The position numbers were made by a program, and so were the translations under genes. A stretch of 64,000 nt of DNA, from the NCBI GenBank assembly GCA_035506175.1, contig DATJPZ010000103.1, positions 16,579 to 80,578 of the forward strand. The letters run 5' to 3'. Position 1 is the first letter of the stretch. Each line of letters opens with the position of its first letter. This stretch comes from Thermoanaerobaculia bacterium (GTDB lineage Bacteria; Acidobacteriota; Thermoanaerobaculia; UBA5066; Gp7-AA6). Below are positions 58,070-64,000 of the stretch, in pieces. Under the pieces are notes generated by a model. That model did not search any database. It was not told the DNA's origin and was given only the letters and a program-made list of their open reading frames with translations.

Positions 58070-59473
58070 ATGAGCGAAATCCGGCGTTTTCACCTCGTGC
58101 CCGTCGGGGGGACCGCCATGGTGCCGCTGGCAGCGCTGCTGCTCGAGGAGGGACACCGAGTCACGGGCAGCGACGGACCGCTCTATCCGCCCATGTCGAC
58201 GCTGCTCGAGAAGCTCGGCATCCCGGTCGCCGAAGGATTCGCGCCCGAGCACGTGCCGGCCGACTGCGACGCGGTGATCGTCGGCAACGCCGCGTTGAAG
58301 GACAACGTCGAGGCCGCCGAGGCGGCGCGCCGCGGGTTGCCCGTCCTCTCGCTCCCGCAGGCGGTGCGCCAGCACCTGCTGCCCGGCAAGCGGTCGATCG
58401 TCATTGCGGGGACGCACGGCAAGACGACGACCTCGGCGCTGACCGCGTGGCTGCTGCTGGATTCGGGGCGCGATCCGGGCTTCCTCGTCGGCGGCGAGAT
58501 GAAGAACCTCGGGCGCGGCTATCGCCGGGGGCGCGGTCCTCACTTCGTTCTCGAGGGCGACGAGTACAACGCGGCGTTCTTCGACCGCGGCCCGAAGTTT
58601 CTCCACTACGAGCCCAGGCACCTCTTCGTCGGCAACATCGAATTCGACCACGCGGACCTCTATCCGGATCTCGACGCGGTCATCGCCGCTTTCCGCGCCG
58701 TGGTCCGGCTCGTCCCGAAGGACGGCGTCATCGTGATCAACGCCGACGATCCCCGCGTCGCGGCGCTCGCCGCCGACGCCGACGCCACGGTCGTGCGCGT
58801 CTCGCTTGACGATCCCGGCGCCGATTTCTCCGCGCGGGACGTCGTCTTCGGTCCCGAAGGCACCACGTTCACGCTCCTCGAAGCGGGGCTGCCCGCGGCG
58901 CGGCTGTCCTCGCCGCTGCCCGGTGCGCACAACGTGCGCAACGCCCTCGGCGCGATCGCTCTCGTCCGCGGCCTCGGGCTCTCGACGAGCGAAATCGCGC
59001 GGAGTCTCCCCCGCTTCGAGGGCGTCCGGCGGCGGCTCGACGTGCGCGGCGAGAAGAACGGCATCCTCGTCGTCGACGATTTCGCGCATCATCCGACTGC
59101 CGTCCGCAGCACGCTCCAGGCGGCGCGCGCTCGGTTTCCCGGCCGCCGCCTCTGGGCGCTCTTCGAGCCGCGCTCGAACACGGCCGGGCGCAAGATGTTC
59201 GAGGAGGAGTACGCCGACGCGTTCGCCGCCGCCGACGCGCTCGTCGTCGCGCCGGTGTTCCACGCGCGGCGCCTTTCGCCCGACAACCAGATCGACCGCG
59301 CCGCGCTCGTCCGCCGCTTCGCGGACGGCAGCGCGCGCCCGGCCTTCGCCCCCGACACGATCGCCGAGATCCCCGCGATCCTGCGCCGCCAGGCGCGTCC
59401 CGGCGACGTCCTGCTGCTGATGTCCTCGGGCGCCTTCGGCGGACTGCCCGAGTCCCTGCTCGATGCCTTGTGA
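58070..59473 (+). CDS. mpl: UDP-N-acetylmuramate:L-alanyl-gamma-D-glutamyl-meso-diaminopimelate ligase
   Basis: GGTAMVPLAALLLEEGHRVTGSD...IAGTHGKTTTSAL...EGDEYNAAFFD...DDFAHHPTAV. Confidence 0.9.
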   Translation: MSEIRRFHLVPVGGTAMVPLAALLLEEGHRVTGSDGPLYPPMSTLLEKLGIPVAEGFAPEHVPADCDAVIVGNAALKDNVEAAEAARRGLPVLSLPQAVRQHLLPGKRSIVIAGTHGKTTTSALTAWLLLDSGRDPGFLVGGEMKNLGRGYRRGRGPHFVLEGDEYNAAFFDRGPKFLHYEPRHLFVGNIEFDHADLYPDLDAVIAAFRAVVRLVPKDGVIVINADDPRVAALAADADATVVRVSLDDPGADFSARDVVFGPEGTTFTLLEAGLPAARLSSPLPGAHNVRNALGAIALVRGLGLSTSEIARSLPRFEGVRRRLDVRGEKNGILVVDDFAHHPTAVRSTLQAARARFPGRRLWALFEPRSNTAGRKMFEEEYADAFAAADALVVAPVFHARRLSPDNQIDRAALVRRFADGSARPAFAPDTIAEIPAILRRQARPGDVLLLMSSGAFGGLPESLLDAL

Positions 59474-61056
59474 ATCGACGCGCCGGGTACGCCTTCCTCG
59501 CCGCGCTCGGCCTCGTCGTCTACCTCCTTCCGGCGCTTCGGGCGCCCGTCGTGCTGTGGTCCGACAGCCTGCGCGATCTCGAGTGGGCGCGCGCCGGCAT
59601 CGGCATCCTCTCGCCCGCGCCGATTCCCGCCGTTCCCCATCCCGCCAAGCCCTTCTACATCCTGTTTCTCCAGACCGTGGCGAAGGCCGCCCCCGGGGAG
59701 AAATCCGGGCGCGCGATCGTCGTCGTTCAATCCGTTCTCGTCTGGCTCGCGCTCGGCCTCGCCGCGCTCGCCGTCGCCCGCAGGGTCTCGCCCGGACGCG
59801 GCGCGCTGCTCTACGTCGTGCTGCTCCTGCTGCTGCGCGTGCGCGACGCCTCGAGCGCGGTCATGTCCGAGGCGCCGGCCACCGCGCTCTTCCTGGTGCT
59901 CGCCGCCGCGCTGCTCGACCCGCCCGAGGGAATCGCGGGCCCGGCGGTCTTCGGCCTCGGCGCGGGCGTTCTCTTCCTCGTCCGGCCCAACGAGGGCGCC
60001 GCGGCCGTAGCGCTCGCGATGCTCACGTGGGCCACTTGCCGTCGCGGGCGGGCGGCGGCGGTCAGCGTCGTCGTCTTTGCCGCTCTGGTCCTGCCGATCT
60101 GGCTGGCGACGGCCCCGAAAGGGGACTTCTGGCGCGGCCTGTCCCCGGCCTTCCGGGCCGCCGAAGCCGACTACGGCTGGACGCCGGCGGAAGGACTGCC
60201 CTCCCCGGCCGTGGCCGCCGACGCGCGGCGCGAGCTGCTGTGGCGGGCGCTCCATGGCGTGTTCGGCACCGAGTTCTACGACGCGCGCTGGTCGCCGGCA
60301 TACCGTGCGGCGAGCGAGCTGTCGCGCCTGCTGACGCCGTGGCTCGTGCTCGGGGCGATCGCGGCGCTCGCCGCGGCGCCAAGGAACCCGGCGAGCCCCG
60401 CGCGCCTTCTCGGCCTCGGCCTCGCCGCGATTCTCGTGGCCCAGAGCTTCGTGCTCGGGGCGCTGCCCCGCTTCGCGCTGCCGATGCTGCCGGCGCTCCT
60501 CCTGTTCGCGTTCGCCGCGCCGCCGGCGAAAGGCGCGTTGGGAACGGGACGGCTGGCAATCGCCGCCGCGGTGTTCGGAGCCCTGACCGCGCTGCTCGTC
60601 GCGCAGCGCGACGTCCTCGACTGGGAGTGGGGCAAAGTCGAAGGCCTCGGAGTCCGCCTCGTGCAGCCGATTCCCCGCGGCGCGCTGCCCGAGACGGCGC
60701 CGGCCACGCTCCACCTGCGGATCGCCGCGCCCGAGCTGCCGACGGGCGCCGGCGTTTCCGTGCGCGGGCCGGACGGCGCGTTGCTCTACGAGTCGACCCC
60801 GTCCTCCGAGAAACGCCGGCCCTTCCTCACCGTGCCGCTGCCCCAGACGCTTCTCGACCGCGGCCGGAGTGAGCCCGTCGTTCTCACGATCGAGGCCGTT
60901 GGCTCCTACGACCCCGCGCACTTTCTGCTCTTTCCCGTGGTGCCCCCGCCGTGGGGCGCGGCGGCCCGCCGCGAAGGAAGCCGCGAGATCTCGCCCGATT
61001 CGGGGGTCACCCGCGGCGGCTTCGACTGGTGGGCGCATCCGGGGACGGACCCGTGA
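59470..61056 (+). CDS. Polytopic membrane protein, glycosyltransferase family 39/ArnT-like fold suspected, paralog 1
   Basis: GTGA overlap with the mpl stop. About 9-11 TM segments and a soluble C-terminal domain (...FLLFPVVPPPW...WWAHPGTDP). Confidence 0.6.
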   Translation: MNRRAGYAFLAALGLVVYLLPALRAPVVLWSDSLRDLEWARAGIGILSPAPIPAVPHPAKPFYILFLQTVAKAAPGEKSGRAIVVVQSVLVWLALGLAALAVARRVSPGRGALLYVVLLLLLRVRDASSAVMSEAPATALFLVLAAALLDPPEGIAGPAVFGLGAGVLFLVRPNEGAAAVALAMLTWATCRRGRAAAVSVVVFAALVLPIWLATAPKGDFWRGLSPAFRAAEADYGWTPAEGLPSPAVAADARRELLWRALHGVFGTEFYDARWSPAYRAASELSRLLTPWLVLGAIAALAAAPRNPASPARLLGLGLAAILVAQSFVLGALPRFALPMLPALLLFAFAAPPAKGALGTGRLAIAAAVFGALTALLVAQRDVLDWEWGKVEGLGVRLVQPIPRGALPETAPATLHLRIAAPELPTGAGVSVRGPDGALLYESTPSSEKRRPFLTVPLPQTLLDRGRSEPVVLTIEAVGSYDPAHFLLFPVVPPPWGAAARREGSREISPDSGVTRGGFDWWAHPGTDP

Positions 61057-62813
61057 GCGAAGAGCCGGGTGGATCTCCGGTTCGGATCCTCCTCCGGGCG
61101 ACCCTGGTTTCGATCGGCCTTCTGCTCTGTCTCGGTCCCGCCCTTCGCGCCCCTGTCGTGCTGGGAGCCGACGGCCGAACCGATCTCGGCTGGGCCCGGG
61201 AGGGCACCGGCCTCTGGAAGCCTCTGCAGATCGCCCCGGGAGAAGCGCCGCATGCCCTCAAACCGGGGTATCTGCTGTTTCTCCGACTCGCGACGGCGGC
61301 GCTCCCGGCGGTGGGAGAACCGCGCGCCGTCGTCGTCGTTCAGACGCTGCTTCTCTGGCTCGCCGTCGCCGGAGCCGCCCTCGCCGTCGCGCGGCGCCAC
61401 GGAGGCCCGGCGGGGATTTCCGTATGGCTGGTTCTGCTGTCCTTCCTTCCGCTGCACATCGCGGCCGCGAACGTCCTGCCCGAGGCGATCGCCTCCGCGG
61501 TCGTCCTCGTGCTCGTCTTCGTCGTGAGCGACGGCAAGCCGACCACGCCCGTCGCCGCGACGACGGCCTTGCTGCTGACACTTCTCTTCTGGATCCGGCC
61601 CAACTCCGCGGGAATCGTCGGACTCGTCCTCCTCGTCCGGTGGCTGACCCGACGAGAGGCACGCACAGCCTTCGTGTTCGCCGGCGTCGCGCTCGGAGCC
61701 ATCACCGCGACGTGGCTCGCGACGCGCAGCGTCGCCGGCCCCGACGCGGCTCGCGCGCTTCCGGATGCCGTGCTCTTCGGCAGCGCCGAGTACTCCTGGA
61801 CGCCCACGCTCGACGGTTGGGTCGCGGGCGCCTCCCCGAAAGGGATCTCGAAGCTCGAGGGCGCCGCCGAGAATTGGTCGCGATGGTGGCACTCGCCTCC
61901 GACCGACCGCGACCGCGAGCTCGTCTGGCGGATGTTTCACGGAATCCTGGGGCTGGAGTACGACGACCCGCGCTGGTCCGCGGCGTGGCGGCTCTTCGAT
62001 CACGCGGGCCGCGTTCTCGCCCCACTGCTCGTTCTCGCCGCGTTCGCCATTCTCCTGACCGCGGCCGATCGCGAGGCACGGCTGCTCGGATGGCTCGGCC
62101 TCGCCGCGCTGGTCCTGCAGGACCTGGCCGTCGGCTCCGGACCCCGTTATGCCGTTCCGATTCTGCCGGTCTTCCTGTCGCTCGCGGCGATCCAGCTCTT
62201 TGCTCGCGAAGGCCGCGGCCTTCGCCCGCGGGCGATCGCTCTCTTTCTCGTCTTCGTCGGCGCCGTGGCGATCTGGCCACAGGCGGCCAGCCTGGAGTGG
62301 GGCGTGATCGAAAGAGCGGGCGTCGTCATCGAGGAGCGCATCCCCCGGCGCGCGCTGCCTTCCGCGGCGCCGGCCACCCTCCACGTGCGCATCGCCCCGC
62401 CGGAGCCTCACATGGACGCCGGACTCGCCATCGAGCTCGGCGGTCGCGTGCGGTATCGGAGCGCGCCGGGCGAGATTCGCCGCCGTCCCGTTCTGACCAT
62501 CCCGCTGACCGCCGAAGATCTCGCGGCGGATTCGGCCGGCCCGCTGACGCTCCGCCTGGTTTCGGACGGAGTCTACGGACCTTTTTCGTTCCTGCTGTTT
62601 CCCGTCGTGCCGACGCCGTGGAGGCGTGGCGCGCGCCGCGCCGACTCCCCGGAGCTTTCGCCGGAGTCGGACATCCCGGCCGGAGGGCTCGTCTGGTGGG
62701 CCCATGCAGGCTCGGACGACATCAGCCGCGCCGCGAGCACGAGCGTCAGGGCCGGAAAGAGCGTCGTCGCGATCCGCGAGAACGCGGCGTCGACCGCGTA
62801 CGCCGGCCCGTAG
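61053..62813 (+). CDS. Polytopic membrane protein, paralog 2 of 59470-61056
   Basis: GTGA overlap with paralog 1. Shared blocks LRAPVVL, APATLHxRIAxPE, FLLFPVVPxPW, WWAHxGxD. The last 30-plus codons lie antisense to a TM helix of the convergent gene. Confidence 0.6.
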   Translation: MSEEPGGSPVRILLRATLVSIGLLLCLGPALRAPVVLGADGRTDLGWAREGTGLWKPLQIAPGEAPHALKPGYLLFLRLATAALPAVGEPRAVVVVQTLLLWLAVAGAALAVARRHGGPAGISVWLVLLSFLPLHIAAANVLPEAIASAVVLVLVFVVSDGKPTTPVAATTALLLTLLFWIRPNSAGIVGLVLLVRWLTRREARTAFVFAGVALGAITATWLATRSVAGPDAARALPDAVLFGSAEYSWTPTLDGWVAGASPKGISKLEGAAENWSRWWHSPPTDRDRELVWRMFHGILGLEYDDPRWSAAWRLFDHAGRVLAPLLVLAAFAILLTAADREARLLGWLGLAALVLQDLAVGSGPRYAVPILPVFLSLAAIQLFAREGRGLRPRAIALFLVFVGAVAIWPQAASLEWGVIERAGVVIEERIPRRALPSAAPATLHVRIAPPEPHMDAGLAIELGGRVRYRSAPGEIRRRPVLTIPLTAEDLAADSAGPLTLRLVSDGVYGPFSFLLFPVVPTPWRRGARRADSPELSPESDIPAGGLVWWAHAGSDDISRAASTSVRAGKSVVAIRENAASTAYAGP

Positions 62814-64000
62814 GCCGAGAGCGTGAACGCGGCGACGTAGCCGAGAAGCTGCAGGGCCAGCACGCCGAGGAGCCAGTCCACCGCGCCGCGCTCGGTCGCG
62901 ATCAGCAGGACCACGATCGCGAGAAGGGGAACGGACGCCGGCAGCACGTCGGCCGACAGCAGACGCGCAAGCGCCGTCCCGAAACGCGCGGGCAGCTCGC
63001 CCCAGCGCCCGGGCGAAAGCAGCGCGAGGTCGAAGTCCCGCGAGGGCCGGTGCCCGCGGAGCACGACTTGGAGCAGGCCGTGGAGCGCGACCGGAAGCAC
63101 GAGCGCGAGCGCGCCGTTTCGGGCGCGCCGCGCCTCCGTGGTTCGCAGCTTCCCCCACACCGCCGCCGCGAGCAGCACCGAGAGCAGCGCCCCCTCCTGC
63201 TTGACCGATGCCGCGAAGAGCGCGGCCGCCGCCAGGCGCGCCGTTTCGCCCGCGGAGGCCTCGAGCACGAAATCCGACGCCGCGACCGCCGCGAGGACGG
63301 CGGCGAGCGCGAAGGGAATCTCCGCCGTGCCGACGTTCGACGGCCGGTAGAGAAAGAAGCAAAGCGCCGAGAGCGCCGCGGCGAGTGCGCCGGCCGGTCG
63401 CGAAACGCGCCGGGCGAGAAATCCCCAGAGGGCGAGAAGCGTCGCCAGGGCGCACGCGGGATAGAAGAGCGCGAGCGCGGGCTCGTTCCAGCGCCCCGCG
63501 GCGACCCCGAGCGCGGACAGCGACAGCGGCACCAGCAGCGGGTATTCCGGATGCGCGAAGTCGAGCGCCGGGTCGGCGAAGAGACGCCGCGGCACCGAAC
63601 CGGCCCCGTAGACGATCTTCGCCTTGTAGCCCCAGACCGCGAAGAAGTCCGTGGCCCAGGGGGCGTCGGCGATCGCCGTCAGCAGGAAGAGAGCCCACGC
63701 CGCTCCCGCGACGGCGGCGAGCGCGAAAGCCAGCGCGTCGAACTTCCGGCCGGCCGGAAACCAGCCCGGGGCGGCGCGCCGCCGGAGGATCCCGGCGAGA
63801 AGAGCCGCGATCCCGATGCCCGCCTCGATGCCCAAAAGCGCGGCGGTGGTCGGCCGGGCCCCGACGGCGACGACGACGAGCAGCGCGAGCGCCTGGACCA
63901 TCAACCCGATCGCGAAGCTCCACGCGAACTTCTCGCGGCCCGTCAAGCCGGCCATGAACATCCGCCCGATCGTCCAGCCGCAGAGCGTCGCGACGCCGAG
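62573..64000 (-). CDS. Polytopic membrane protein (GT39/ArnT-like suspected), 5' end probably outside the window
   Basis: The frame stays open to nt 64000 (...LGVATLCGWTIGRMFMAGLTGREKF...). More than 10 hydrophobic helices. Confidence 0.6.
   Translation of the reverse strand, partial: LGVATLCGWTIGRMFMAGLTGREKFAWSFAIGLMVQALALLVVVAVGARPTTAALLGIEAGIGIAALLAGILRRRAAPGWFPAGRKFDALAFALAAVAGAAWALFLLTAIADAPWATDFFAVWGYKAKIVYGAGSVPRRLFADPALDFAHPEYPLLVPLSLSALGVAAGRWNEPALALFYPACALATLLALWGFLARRVSRPAGALAAALSALCFFLYRPSNVGTAEIPFALAAVLAAVAASDFVLEASAGETARLAAAALFAASVKQEGALLSVLLAAAVWGKLRTTEARRARNGALALVLPVALHGLLQVVLRGHRPSRDFDLALLSPGRWGELPARFGTALARLLSADVLPASVPLLAIVVLLIATERGAVDWLLGVLALQLLGYVAAFTLSAYGPAYAVDAAFSRIATTLFPALTLVLAARLMSSEPAWAHQTSPPAGMSDSGESSGESARRAPRLHGVGTTGNSRNEKGP

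Noticed and set aside
60906-63923. 1005-aa minus-strand ORF, and 63208..63957 (+)
   Set aside because: It is a shadow frame of the polytopic membrane-protein genes. It is dominated by Arg/Gly/Pro/Ala runs.

Overview
This is a 64 kb window of a very GC-rich (by eye about 70%) bacterial chromosome. Coding is dense on both strands. I support about 65 protein genes, 2 gene fragments and 1 riboswitch. I found no rRNA, tRNA, CRISPR array, transposase or integrase. The gene content (an acidobacterial-type VWA protein, a DUF1573 repeat protein, DUF885 proteins, many secreted or membrane proteins) suggests an Acidobacteriota-like organism, but this is inference only. Because of the high GC, most long ORFs in the track are Arg/Pro/Gly/Ala-rich shadow frames of real genes, and I discarded them.

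Main content:
- Housekeeping genes: tyrS, mpl, an RNase II-family nuclease, family-5 UDG, an acyl-CoA desaturase, amidase, and a PlsB-like acyltransferase.
- Regulators: an ECF sigma factor with an anti-sigma partner, MarR, ArsR, Fur, and a MASE1-PAS-GGDEF-EAL protein.
- Transporters: OPT, CDF, an ABC exporter, and FTR1.

Most interesting:
1. At 15.35-17.6 kb, a translationally coupled three-gene cassette encodes a stand-alone RyR-domain protein, a double 2TM SLATT-like membrane protein, and a TIR domain fused to four TM helices. It has no known Thoeris, CBASS or STAND partner. I read it as a candidate undescribed membrane-acting TIR conflict system.
2. At 45.4-52.3 kb on the minus strand, a cobalamin riboswitch precedes an in-frame DUF6580::BtuB-like TonB receptor ORF and a PduO adenosyltransferase. 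A perfect 17-bp hairpin follows. Beyond it lies a visibly lower-GC copper/thiol block: two paralogous 121-aa CCPMGHG proteins, a Cys-motif outer-membrane barrel, TlpA, and a Sco1-cytochrome c-YHS triple fusion.
3. At 37.9-45.4 kb, Fur and FTR1 sit next to an operon encoding a dihaem peroxidase-like protein, ApbE, a porin, an FMN-binding protein and a 4TM His-rich protein. An ATTGAGAC motif occurs in both promoter regions.
4. A TAnAAT box recurs 5-11 nt upstream of start codons that lack Shine-Dalgarno sequences, which suggests leaderless mRNAs.

All functional calls come from reading the translated motifs by eye. No searches were run.
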